A stretch of DNA of 63,862 nucleotides, filler included, from Reticulomyxa filosa (Eukaryota; Protista; Foraminifera): assembly GCA_000512085.1 (NCBI GenBank). It is 25 parts of 25 records of this genome, joined end to end, with 100 filler letters (N's around TTAATTAATTAA, not from the genome) between each part and the next. Parts side by side here need not be neighbours in the genome. Positions count along the whole stretch, not along the records: positions 21,858 to 25,990 come from ASPP01009491.1; positions 26,091 to 27,837 come from ASPP01043734.1; positions 27,938 to 29,678 come from ASPP01000533.1; positions 29,779 to 31,339 come from ASPP01035842.1; positions 31,440 to 35,378 come from ASPP01002001.1; 20 more parts are not named here. One strand, written 5' to 3'. Every line of letters begins with the position of its first letter. The first letter of the stretch is position 1. This document shows positions 22,927 to 35,478 of this stretch, one piece after another. The position numbers were made by a program, and so were the translations under genes. The notes under the pieces are model-generated. The model was given only the letters and a program-made list of their open reading frames with translations, was not told where the DNA came from and searched no databases.

Positions 22927-25184
22927 ATGCAAAGCGAAATAAAAATAACAATACCTTCCAAAAATTGGGGAGCAAATGTATTAGCAGGTAACAAAAAACA
23001 GCGTTTTTATTTCCTAAGTAAATCAAACATACAAAATAAACACTTTGAATATATAATTTTATAATTCATTCTAAAAGCTTGGATTAAATTACATGCATGG
23101 AATGAACAAGAAGTGAAGAAGCTTGTAACGTTTGTGGAAGCAAACAGCATAAAGGGCTGTGAATTATTAGAAATGTCAAGTGGAGACATTGAAAAAGATT
23201 TGGAGTGCACCAAAGGCATTGCCGAAGAACTTCATCGCTTGATCAATATTTATAACAAAAATGTGGAGAATTGGACTCCGTTAGAATTGTCATCAGTGGT
23301 TGAATTTCTAAATATAGTAGTTGATGCTGATCTTCGAAAGAGTGTGGCAACGTATATCGTTCGTAACGGTGTGATTGCAAGTGAGTTTAAAAAATGGAGT
23401 GGAGACGATTTAAAAAAAAAAATGGGTATTGAAAAAGGCGTACTTTGGCTTGTTCGTTTATCAAAGTACATTGCTGCTTTGAGTACGAACAAGACAAGTA
23501 CAAACGACAAAGAAAGAGATGCAAGAAGTGAAAACGAAAGTGAAAGAGAAAAACAAAGAGAAAAAGACAGAAAGAAAGAGGAAGATAAAAAACGGAGCCA
23601 AAAAGGATGAAAACATTTGCTGAGAAAGCTGCAAGGAACGTGTTTGACGATGCCAAGGAGACATTATCGTCATTTTTTCCAATCATACGTACACCAAAAG
23701 GTGACGGAGTCTTGTTGAGAAGCTCAGTTACTCCAGACACCACGGTGAAGGAATTACGACTGCTCATTAGCGAGCAGTTGATACAAGACGGAAAAAAGCT
23801 CCAACTTCTATTCAACAGCCAGGCTCTGGTAGACGACAAAACTTTGGCATTTTACCACATTGTCAATAGTCAATGTATCATTTCGACAGCAAGTAAAGCA
23901 GCAGGAGGATCCAAAATGACTGGTTAATCTACAACAATGATTTCCTATTCCAAATTTTTTTATTTTTTTTTTTTTTTGCTCTTGCTTTTAGTTTTAACAG
24001 TTTTTTTGTTGTTGTTCTCTGCCATTTGTGGATTAAAAACAGAAGGCAGAGTCTTAAACTTAAAAAATCCATTGATTCATGTTACCGACAAACCTGATTG
24101 TATTACATATGATAGTGATGCAGACTATCCACGTGCAGTTAATCCAACAAAGAAGACAACCTCTTTTTATTATATTCGATGTTTATGTATACATAAACAT
24201 CCTCAAACAAACGTTTTAGGCAATGCCTTGTGGTCACGCGATTACAGCGCAAACAATGTTTGACTGGCTCAAGAGTAAGTGATATGAATGGGATAATGTT
24301 TAAAAAAAAAAATGGAGTGGGAAATAAAAGAGTAGAAATTAATAAATAAAAACTATAAAAAAAAAAAATTGAAAAATAGCCCTGTTTGAAAAAAATGAAA
24401 AACTCACGGATATTTATTGTCCATTGCCAGAGTGCAATCAAGTGTGGGATTGGACTTTGGTAGCAACTGTTGCTAATTTGACAGCAGAAGAAAACTTACG
24501 GTATACGTTAGAAAGAGACAGAAGGAAGAATGGTAACGAAAACATGAAAAAATGCCCAAAGTGTTCGATCAATATCGTAAGACCAGAAGACTTGACTATG
24601 TTTCGGTAATATCATGTTTTTATATACATATACACTTTTTTTTTTTTGGATATAAAATATACAACAAACAAACAGCATCAGATGCACCGCTTGCACTGGA
24701 GGCGATTTTTGTTTCATGTGCTGCAAACCCTGGCTTAAAAATGGATTCCAAATTTGTGGCAATCCTGATTGTAGTGGAGAGCATATTAATAATTCTTTAC
24801 AAAAAATGTGGCACCAAAAAAGCCAATGGGCTGGTCTGAGGATAGAAAAGACGCTGTCATCCCAATTTTACGAGCCTGTCCTAAGTGCTTGACAGTTACT
24901 TGTTTCTTATTATATCCTTGTATTCGTAACTCAAAATTTTTATTTTTTTATATTCCTATGCTTTTTTAGCTCATCGAACACGAAGAGAGGTGCAAGCACA
25001 TGAAATGTCCAAATTGCAGTAATGAATTTTGTTTTGCTTGTTTGGGTATCAAAACTCCTTCAGGTTTGTGCTAACCTTTTTTTTTCCCTCCTCTTTTTAA
25101 CTTTTTTTATTTTATTTTACAGGATGGCCCTGCAACACCTACACGACAGTGTGCCCAATTGCCGCCAGGCAAACATTGACATAA
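22927..25184 (+). CDS. SAM-SAM-ubiquitin-like-RBR E3 ubiquitin ligase (multi-exon; two frameshifts at A6 runs)
   Basis: Two SAM-like units, a UBL (TTVKELR...QLLFNSQALVDDKTLAFYHI), RING1 (C...MPCGH...CPLPEC), IBR (CPKC...CTAC...FCFMCCKPW) and RING2 (RACPKCLTLIEHEERCKHMKCPNCSNEFCFACL). Frameshifts near 23590 and 24803. Confidence 0.85.
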
Positions 25185-26654
25185 AAATTTCAACAGTACT
25201 TTTTCTTCACAACTTGTTGGACTGTTTACAAACCTACTAAAAAAAGTGTCTTCAAATTTTTTCGTGATCTATATTTTATGCCAAAAATAAGGTATGCTTG
25301 AATATCAGAATAAGCTACCTAAAAAAAAGTAGAAGTTGCAATAAATGCTAAGTTTAACAGCAAAATCAGATTACTGTTTTCTTATCACTGATATTTCATA
25401 GCTATCTCCCAAAGTATTCATCATTGCACATATTTCGTTACTAATGTGTTTTTTTGTGGACATGCGCTCTCTATCAAAACACAATATTTATAGAGCATTT
25501 ATTTTTATAATAAATGTTATCAATACTAAGACCCTCTGAATATGGAGGGGAACCAATGTGTTCAATTGCCCAGATTTGTGATTTGTGTTTTCAAGTCAGT
25601 TACCCGCGTTATTTAAAATTTCTCAATCTTGCACTACTGCACCTCAATCTCGCGTGGGACGTCTGCGGCTGATAAGAGACTGCACTAAATGTAATACGAA
25701 AAGGTTTACTCAAAAAGAGACCAGTTTTCGGCAAAACAAAAGTAAATTAAATAAATAAAAGGTTAATGACACAATAAAAGAAAGAAAACAAACAAGAGTA
25801 AAGAAAGTTGGTGGAGAAGTTTAACCCACTGGAGGCTCCTCAAATCCTTCAGAGTTCAGTCATATGTAGTAGGAACTTGCCCTGCACTAGTAATTACGGA
25901 GCAGCAGGTTGTGTTTTCGTAAATGATTGTAAGAATGAAGTGAAGTTTGTAATTTGTGATTATCATTTACAAAAACATAACCTGATTCTTNNNNNNNNNN
26001 NNNNNNNNNNNNNNNNNNNNNNNNNNNNNNNNNNTTAATTAATTAANNNNNNNNNNNNNNNNNNNNNNNNNNNNNNNNNNNNNNNNNNNNAATTTCACTG
26101 GCTTAGTTTTGTTTTAAGATTTTTTCAAAACGATTTTCGTTTCAAAAAAAAGAGGAGGAAAACACCATTTGTTAAATTGAGCAGACAACAAAGATTATGT
26201 ATTGCTCTAGATAATTAAAAAATAAATAAGGAATGACGTGCAATCAAAAGTTGACAAAGAATAACACTGGATGTGAAAGATACAAAAAATGTTTTGATCT
26301 TCCCAAATGCATCCTGTACGATCTTATATGTGTCTTCTAAAAAATCTGATGATTACTTTCTTGTCATGATATTTTATTGCTTCTTCATAAAAATATTAAA
26401 TCTTTTCATCTTAAAAAAAAACAATATTATCACTTTCATGCCACTTTTTTAACATATTCTAAAGTCTTTTTCTTTTTTAAAAAACGCTGGAGTGAGAAAG
26501 AAACATTAATTTTCATTTGAACATCAAAAGGATTCATTTCAAGACCGAAATAGTGTCTTAAAACAACTAGTTTGTTCGCTGAAGATACAACAATTCATGT
26601 GTCGATATTCACAAGACAATAAAGAAAGTTAATCATTGGCCACAAATATAAATC

Positions 26655-27837
26655 CTAATCTTGAGTAAATGAAATATTAGTAAGTTTCTTTGCAATTCCA
26701 ACAAAATGAGTTTCCAAACCATTTGCATCCAAATCACTTTTTACTATTACACCAAGTGTGCTTGCCATCTTATTTAAAGTAGGGCTCTTCCCTGTGCTGA
26801 GAATACAAGGGAAGAAATGAAATCCATTGGAACAAAATGCTTTGATTTCTGCCAAGAGTTCAGAAGCTCCATTATCTGAATCTGCGCCATCAGTCAAAAA
26901 AATAAGGACAATAGGCTTTGATGCATTTCGTTTCACAACATCGTAGACGCAACGAATGGCGTTAACAAACGATGTACCTCCCCATGGCACATGAGCAGGA
27001 AGAAGAATAGTACGAACTGTGTCTAGACTGAGTACTATATTTTCTGTAATAGTTTTGACTGTACTCTCATAAAATATGATCGTTCCTTTGTCTCTACATC
27101 CTGTTTGCCATCGTTGTTGAATAAACGAGTGAACTATTTTTGAGTATTATGTATTTACATATTTGTTTCCCACAAACAATCTAGACCAAAAGTTGTTTAA
27201 ATATTCAACTGGCATCATACGTTGCGTTTAATCTATTGTTAAGATTACATGCATTAAGAGTAGATTTGTAAATTTGCATTTCTGCTCTTTTGGGTCTAAC
27301 ATCAGTTCTGGCCATTCTCCCACTGACATCAATGGCAAAAATCCTGTTGATAGATATTTGTGAACATAAATGCCTTTTTTTTTTGTGAAGGGAATAGGCC
27401 AGAAAAAAAAAATTCTTAACACATGATAGTCGCTAGAGCGATGAGAGCATGTAAAAACATGACCATCCATAACAGTAGTGTTGGCGGCGTTACTCTTTTG
27501 TTCTGTCACAGGATCGTGCCATAATCTTTCTGCGCAATAAGATCTCTTGACCTCACCACATTCATCTTTGGTTTTTTCATGATCTGGATGAGGACAATAA
27601 TGATTGCATCTTTCAAATTGTTTCTGCAATAAAGGTTGACAAGGATCTTCAAATTTCAAGCAGTTTTCCCAATAATACTCGTGCGTGACTTTGTCCAAGT
27701 CATTTCTTCCTCCACACTCCTCTGGATTTGCATGTCTTCGCAAATAAAGAGGCTCATTGTTTTGTGTATGTACAATATTGCAGCTTTCACCAGGGTGGTT
27801 ACATTTGATCAGATGGAAATGACCTCTTCCCATTTTC
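26655..27837 (-). CDS. C-terminus of a Cys/His-rich plus vWA domain protein (resembles giant VLIG-GTPase/vWA proteins)
   Basis: GRGHFHL..C, FEDPC...F..CNHYCPHPDH, SYC..LWH, DGHVFTCSH, then vWA motifs IFAIDVSGRM, GGTSF and LIFLTDG. Two introns. Confidence 0.7.
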
Positions 27838-28859
27838 NNNNNNNNNNNNNNNNNNNNNNNNNNNNNNNNNNNNNNNNNNNNTTAATTAATTAANNNNNNN
27901 NNNNNNNNNNNNNNNNNNNNNNNNNNNNNNNNNNNNNATCCCATAGATCCCTCCAATATTGTCCTTCGCATAATTGCATTTGTTATTTTTATCATTTTCA
28001 CAGGGAAAAATCTTGATTATTGTTATTCTTTTTTCATGAATTTGAAAATAAATACAGTAGATGTAAAAGAAAGCCGTGAAGAAACAACATCTAGACAAAA
28101 TATTCAAAAGATAAAAGCATAAGTTTTATCCAACAGCACAAATAATCACAGTATAAGTGATATTTAAAAGACTTTGACAATAATTTAAATCTTAAATACA
28201 AAAAGTCATAAAAGAACACAAAAAATGAAAAATCAATCAATAACCTTCATGATATGGTATGAATATTCAATCCACTGTATTTGTGAAGGACAATCATACT
28301 TAGTGTAATAATTTTTTTGATAGCTTCACCAAAGTGCAAAATCTTATGAACTTCAAGCAAGCATTTGTAGATATGGAAAACGAATTAGAAAGTATTGGAA
28401 TTAAAAAAGGAAATTATTATAATTGGTACTATCAATATGATTATATTCCGTCGTTACATCTGTGGAATTGTTATCAAGCAGTGATCAGTAAACAAGTCAT
28501 GTTTTGATTATATATTCTATTTGTTGTTGTTAATAAAACAAATGACATAAATGATATAAAAGATATAGCCAATCATTTTAAATAGATATAAAATAAGGTA
28601 TCCTATTCCAATATCCATGATACATGATTAAATGTAAAAAAGAAAACCAATTTTCAAAATTCAATGTGCTCAAAAAAAGAGTATTTGTAAAGATTATTGA
28701 AAACATAAAGAATCAAATAAACAAATCCTATGAAAAAAAGAACAACAATTTTTCTTTTTCATTATCGAAGCTAACCAACTTTGTCAAAGTAATCATTAAT
28801 TTTGTTTATAAGAGAATGAAAGCAAAGTAGTGAGTAATTATTGATTTCACCAAAATCTA

Positions 28860-29678
28860 AAAGGAAACGAAAGATTATGGTGGTGATTTTAATCAAGCAT
28901 TTGGTATTGGAAGACTTACCATTTTATGTGATAACCCTACTAAATTACGAACTGCGGTTGCAATTATGAAAAAGGTAGAACAATTCAATTTGATTGTATC
29001 TGAGACAAAGACGACGTGCAAGCAACACTGAGGAATTGTACAACATTGGATATACTGTGTGAATATCTCACAATAAAATTGAACAAAAGATATCTGAGTG
29101 ATGTTTTTTCAACATTTGATGAATGGATTAAAAGATAAGAATAAATATGTCTGTTGGTCATGTGCAAAATTTTATTTGGAAAATATTGTTTGGAAAAAAT
29201 AAATGAAATGAATAAACAAAGAAATGGTATTTGGTTTATTGACATAGAATCCTTGTATTCAATTAAATTGTAATGATAATATTATATAAAGCTTATATTA
29301 CAGAATAATTCACATTGAAATAAATTACTCATATAATGAATCTCGATAACTTCATTGCATTTGGCAATCTACAAAAAATATTGGGATATTGCTTGTTATT
29401 GCGTTGAAAAAGGAGCATGGGTTGACGTCGGAGAGGATACTATTAATGCCTCCATTTTCTAATCTCCTTTGAAAGGCATTCAATTAATTATAAATTACAA
29501 AAATAACAAGAATAATAAAGAATATTTACAAATGATAGAAATGTGCAAATGGATATTTAGAAAACGAATAAATATATCCAATGAGTTGATGCTTTCTTTG
29601 ACATATCGAATACTAGCTGCACCAACAGCAAATTTTTTCTTAAAAGCAATTAAATGTTTCAATATTTTAAATATCGAA
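28860..29678 (+). pseudogene. Decayed RelA/SpoT-like nucleotidyltransferase plus ankyrin gene
   Basis: KDYGGDFNQAFGIGRLTILCDNPTKLRTAVAIMKK and the ankyrin-like TSLHLAIYKKYWDIACYCVEKGAWVD, with multiple stops. Confidence 0.45.
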
Positions 29679-30189
29679 NNNNNNNNNNNNNNNNNNNNNN
29701 NNNNNNNNNNNNNNNNNNNNNNTTAATTAATTAANNNNNNNNNNNNNNNNNNNNNNNNNNNNNNNNNNNNNNNNNNNNACCAATTTGGAGATATAAATGG
29801 TTAGCTCAAAAAAATGAAATCAGGTAAAGAGATCCTTCAATATCTCAGGAATATTTTATCTTAAGATTCTCTTTATGCAGCTGTTAAAAGATGTTCAGAA
29901 TTGAAATACCTAATTCAATTGTATTATTAAAATTATGAAAAGCAAATCTATTCTTCCAGATATCATATTTTACAATATGCTTTTACGTCACTTGATGATT
30001 TGATTTACAAAATATTATTTGTACAATGACTTAAGAAACAACAAGTTCAATCTGGTGAGTAATTGATTGTTCCTTTCAAAAAAATATTGTAAAATGGAAT
30101 TGTATCCACTTTACTTTCTGCCATTTTTTTTACATTAAATAAAGTTTTTTGAAGCAAAATATGATGTACCATCTTAAGAGACTTTTAAT

Positions 30190-31070
30190 TATCTTTATTT
30201 TCATTCATTTGTGTATTTTTTTGTTGTTCAATTATTGTTTTTGTTTCACTTGAATTTCTTGTTTCATTTTTTTAATTTCATTGTCTTTTGATTCGATATC
30301 TTTTTTTAATTTTTGAATCTCAACAAATGTTGTTTTCTGTTTAACCATTATTATTATTATTATTGTTTTTTTTGTTTTTAATATTTTTGAATCAAATGAA
30401 AACAAATAAAAATGTAACAAGCCTGAGCAGAAATTAATTATATGTGTTTTTTTTTCCAAATTTAATTTCCTAATTTCTTCCTATTTTTATTTTTTTTTAA
30501 AATGAGCATATTTTTTTGTTGAAATCATTAATAAATAATAAATGGTACCTGATATCATCGAATAGTTTGTTGAAATGCATCAAATGATTTGATAACCAAA
30601 TTAAAATGTAACTTCATATTCGATATCAAGTGATCATAGATCACAGATTTTAAATATTTGTGATTGCATCCAAATGACTCAAACCAACAGTTAGCCATTT
30701 GTAAACAGCAAGAATGTTCCAAATGATCATTCACCAATTTTCCTTTGAAATCACATCTAACAATTCAGGTGTTTCTCCTTCTTCATGTCCTTGTTGTGAC
30801 ATTTGTTGCTTTTCTTGTTCTTGTTGAAATTGTCATGGACATATCACATTCAATTCATTAATGCATCGTTTCGCCAATTGAGTTTGAGAATACGAACAGT
30901 TGTCGTGATGCTCGACTGGACAAGAATTTGGATTTTGACCAAGGAATTGATTCAAGCAATTCTATCCAACGATCAATAATTCATCCATGTTTTTGTGTTG
31001 AGTACAATTAATTTCCATTGGGTTGTCGGCGACTTGTCTGTAAATCAAGCAAATAAAGTCGTGAATGGAT
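30190..31070 (-). pseudogene. RING/TRAF-type zinc finger plus coiled-coil pseudogene
   Basis: DFICLIYRQVADNPMEINC...VG*NCLNQFL...CPVEHHDNC...ICP*QF...CDFKGK...DHLEHSCCL...CWFESFGCNH, with in-frame stops and a frameshift. Confidence 0.8.
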
Positions 31071-31439
31071 TCGACTATATTTTTTTTTTGTGCAAAAATC
31101 ACATCATTTGAAAAAAATTCATTTCAAAAATTGTTTTTACTATTAAAATTAAAAAAGATAGTATATTCTAATTACTCAAATCAGAAGAGTCAATTTTAAT
31201 CCAATTTTTCATTTAGTTTTTTAAAATTGGAGTAGATCCACTTGCAAACAATTTCTAAATTGGACATTAGTTCATCCTTCTGCCTTTGACTTGAGAAACT
31301 TGGAAGAAAAAAAGGGTCGATTAAATCAACACATAATAANNNNNNNNNNNNNNNNNNNNNNNNNNNNNNNNNNNNNNNNNNNNTTAATTAATTAANNNNN
31401 NNNNNNNNNNNNNNNNNNNNNNNNNNNNNNNNNNNNNNN

Positions 31440-31730
31440 TGATTAATTTGGATGATGAACGAAATGTGTCAAACATGAAAACAGCATATACCTATGTTAT
31501 AATATTGGAATGTTTTGATTGATATTTAAGAAAAGAAAGAATAAATGAACTAACATAATTGACAACAAATTTGTCAAAATCTTCGATCCATCCTAATTTG
31601 ACGTTAATGTTCGAATCCAATGATGAATAATGATTTGGATCTGTTTTTCTTTTGACTGTTTCAATCATAAAGAAAAATGAGAAAAGCAATAAGAAAAACC
31701 TAAAAAACAACTTAGACGAAACTCTCATTA
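31440..31730 (-). pseudogene. 5' end of a probable WD40-family gene with an N-terminal IIHHWIR-KLGWIEDFD box (frameshifted)
   Basis: SKEKQIQIIIHHWIRTL/NVKLGWIEDFDKFVVNY|intron|VYAVFMFDTFRSSSKLI. The WD repeats themselves lie beyond the contig, so WD40 is inferred from family familiarity. Confidence 0.55.
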
Positions 31731-32720
31731 CTAAGGTAAATTTTTCCCTTTTTTCCTTGAGATGATCTCTGGATGATGAAAAAGATTCTTTTCAACTTTT
31801 TTTTTTAAGATCACGAAGAGTCAATAAAAAATGGAAATAAATTTTTTTTGTTTAATAAATATAAACTTTGTATTGAGAAATAAGTGTTTTGTTTTGTAAA
31901 ATTTTAAGACATATATTTTTTTTGCACAGTTTTAGAGATTTGTTAATTGTTTGCAATGACAAAAAGAAGAATTTGAGTATAGTTGATGAAAGAAAATGAA
32001 GAACTTGTTGAAACTGGAATAACTTCTAATTTCTTAGTGTTTTTGATTAAGAATATTTATGGAAATCAATATTGTTGTATCTTCTTCTAATTCTTATTTT
32101 TTTTTAATATCGATGTGACATCAGCACAACTTGCTGGATTTGTTTCATCCATAATATATTTATTGAAATATTCAAATAAAATTACATAAATAGCTTTTCC
32201 TTGGATTGAATTTACAAAGTTGATCATAAACAAATTCTTTTGTTGTAACAGCTATTTTCAATCAAATATGAAAATTGTTAACATCAAGTGAATAATCATA
32301 AGTATATTTATTCTATGTTTGAACAATTGAGTGCTCAAAGAAAAGCGTTTTTACTTACACAGATCTAATAAAAAATTCACAAAATAAGTAACATTATATT
32401 ACCCTTCTATGATTAGTATTTTTTTAATTTGAAGATTTTTGCATTGTAGAATTGTTGTTTCAAAATGTTTCTTATATAAGTCTTAGTTCAACTTTTTCTT
32501 TTATAAACAAAAGTTCAAAAATTTTTTCATGAAAGAGTATTTCAAGAGAAAACTGAAAGGAGAAATCTATTTGTAAATAATAATGAAAATTTAAAACTGT
32601 AATTAATAAGAGTTTTTATTTGAGTTATTTATTGCTTGTATCTTTGTTCAAAAGGGCCACGTCATACCCCCTTTTTAAAAAAAGTTAAAAACTTCTTAAA
32701 AAAAATTCAGCATTAACAAC

Positions 32721-33965
32721 ATGGGTAATCGAAACACAACTTCCTTTCAAAGTTTGAAGGCTTTGCCTACTCCACTTTATCTATCTCAATGTGTGCTACA
32801 TAAACACGAACTCCTCATTTGTGGAGGTTGGGACAAAAGAGCTTGTTATTCATATCATACAATCAAAAACGAATATAAGTTAATCTGTGAGTATCCAAGT
32901 GATATTACATTGATGGGACTCTGTGTAGTGGAACTGGTAGGTAACAACAATAAAGACAGTAATGAAATCACTTTGTTGTCTTTTGGTGAATCTTCACTAA
33001 TAAAAAAACACACATTAATGATGAAATACGTTAGCGTTTGGAGTAATAACAATAGTAATAATATTAATGGCAATGAAATGAATAAATCAAAGGAATCAAA
33101 GAAATTAAACAATTACAATGAATGGGTTCCTTTCACAGACAATCACAATCATCCAATTTACATTGGAAGAAGTGGAGGTTATTATCAAGGAATGCGTGCA
33201 GTGATTGGTGGAAGCAACAATAATTTGTTATTTATCACTTATTGGAAAAATAATATTAGTGTGTTTGATTTAAATACATTTCAATTTATTAAACATGATA
33301 CCTTACCAACTAAAAATGAAATATCATTTCATTGCTTTGTACTAAATTCAGAAAATGAACAAGAAATGGTGAAAACAAATAAAAAAAATTGTGAAATGCT
33401 ATTATTTTGTTTCAATACAGGATTATTAATTGAATATGATGAAGATAACAATACTTTTCAATTTCATCAACTACCTGTTTGTAATGCTATTGCATCATCA
33501 TTTGCATATGCATATGTGCGTGTCAATGATATCATCTTGTTTTTTGGCGGGTGGAATAACAATGAAGGTGCTTCTTCAAAATCTGTGCATAAATATTCAA
33601 TTCGAGAAAACAAATGGATGACATTTGAAAACACTTTACTCAAACAATTGTGTGGTAGTGTTGCAATACTAAGCGAAGACTGCACTTATATACACATCAT
33701 TGGAGGAAAAGATGATAAAGAAACAACAGTATCAACTCACATGAAAACAAAAGTGCGTTTATGGGATCCTTTACAGTTGGTAATAATTTATTTATTTAAT
33801 CTTTTGTGATTAAACACAAGTTAATTATATTGCATTAAAAATAATAAACAGTCAAAAAATGAAATAAAATGTATTATTCAATATTGGATTCGAGTTTTAA
33901 AGATAAAATTAGGATGGATTGATGATTTTGATCAAATTATTTTCAAATTCAAAAGCAATATGTAA
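32721..33965 (+). CDS. Kelch-repeat protein with a C-terminal IIQYWIR-KLGWIDDFD box
   Basis: Exon 1 (32721-33779) has LLICGG, VIGG, ILFFGG, IHIIGG and Y..W motifs. Intron 33780-33851. Exon 2 reads SKNEIKCIIQYWIRVLKIKLGWIDDFDQIIFKFKSNM*. Confidence 0.9.
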
Positions 33966-34602
33966 ATTCCAGATTGTTTTGATTTTGATCTTATTGATTT
34001 TTGTAATTTTTTAAAAACTTAACAGTTTTGTGTGTCTCGTATTCATGAAATTTACTAATTTTTTTTTATCATTTCAAAAAATTCTTACAACAATAGATAC
34101 TGCAAACAATTGACACTTGTTAAAAGGGATAAAAAACAATTCAATTTGTCAAAGTTTTTTCAAAGCTGAATAATATATTGTTTGTTATTTATTTCAACAT
34201 AATATTAAAAAACAGACAAATCCAGCATGTATTATTATAGTATTCATCTGTTTGTTTATTTTTTATTAAAATCAAAATAAATGAAAAAGCAAAAAGTATC
34301 AATTCTTGAATATTTTATATTAATCACAATTATTGAAAAAAAAACAATGGGTGACAAAACCACAAAATTGAGATAAAAAATGCACTCCGATTTCTTGTCT
34401 TTTTCCCTATTTGCTGTAATATCATTTTTTTTTTATCAAAGAAATTAACAAACAACAATGGAACAATCCCAACAATCTTTTTCCGATATTGATGGAAGAC
34501 ATGCTTCAGCAGCCGACATTTCATCTCTCGTCACCGAGAATAAGTTAATAAAAATTGAGTAAATGTATTATTAAAAAAACATTATTTTGTGTTTACTTTA
34601 AC

Positions 34603-35327
34603 ATGATAAGGATTGAAAGGAATGACGAGTTGGAAATAGTAAGAGAGATCTATATTCACGTGCTATAGAATATCTTAAACTATCCTAAAAAGGCAAAATA
34701 TCATCAAATCAATAAGCAAGCTCTATACAACAATGTACTGAATAAATGTCTGCGACGAAATGTCGACATAGATAGGGTAATGACAAGTATGGAGCACCGT
34801 TTAAAGCAATGTGGCTTTCGAATAAGAGCAGAGGATAGGAATTGGCATTATCAAAATGATACGCAATTATTATGGCTCTGGAGCCAGTATTGCGAATGGA
34901 TCAATATGCGGTATATTGTATTCATTTTTGTAGCCACTCTGTTTTTATTCAAATAGCAATAAATACAAAAACGACGACATTTTTTAATAATTATTTTGAA
35001 AATAGACATGAAATGGATGGTGTGCCAAAAGCAATAAGTATGTTGGGAAATGGAAAATGGAGTGAATATTCAATTGTGTTTGATTATGAACATCGAAGAA
35101 TTGTGCTGTTAGAAAGTAAAGAATTGAAAGTAAAGACACTGCAAGTTGGCAATCGAAAGAATTTGTCGTTGGAGTTGAATGTTGATATTAAATACTATAA
35201 CGATTTTTCTGATGTTAATACAAATCAAACCAAATGGGCTTGTCTCATTCTCAATCATACTTGGCACTTTCGTATGAGCGACACTATTGCAAGAGATTGC
35301 TTTGCAAATTGTTGCTCCGTTAATTAA
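34603..35327 (+). pseudogene. PUB-like domain gene with a premature TAG
   Basis: IYIHVL*NILNYPKKAKYHQINK...LKQCGF matches the PUB consensus NIL..P...KY..I. Confidence 0.55.
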
Positions 35328-35341
35328 AATCAAAACACACA

Positions 35342-35378
<37 letters not shown>

Positions 35379-35478
35379 NNNNNNNNNNNNNNNNNNNNNN
35401 NNNNNNNNNNNNNNNNNNNNNNTTAATTAATTAANNNNNNNNNNNNNNNNNNNNNNNNNNNNNNNNNNNNNNNNNNNN

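Noticed and set aside
23585-24810. Programmed ribosomal frameshifting in the RBR gene
   Set aside because: Both shifts can be repaired by one extra A in an A6 run, which is typical of homopolymer sequencing error. No stimulatory structure was seen.
20893-34666. Alternative genetic code (TAA/TAG = Gln) suggested by in-frame stops at 20893, 34664 and in the TRAF pseudogene
   Set aside because: Intact genes (NMD3, Kelch, RGS, RBR) end in TAA and have no internal TAA/TAG, so the stops are better explained by decay.
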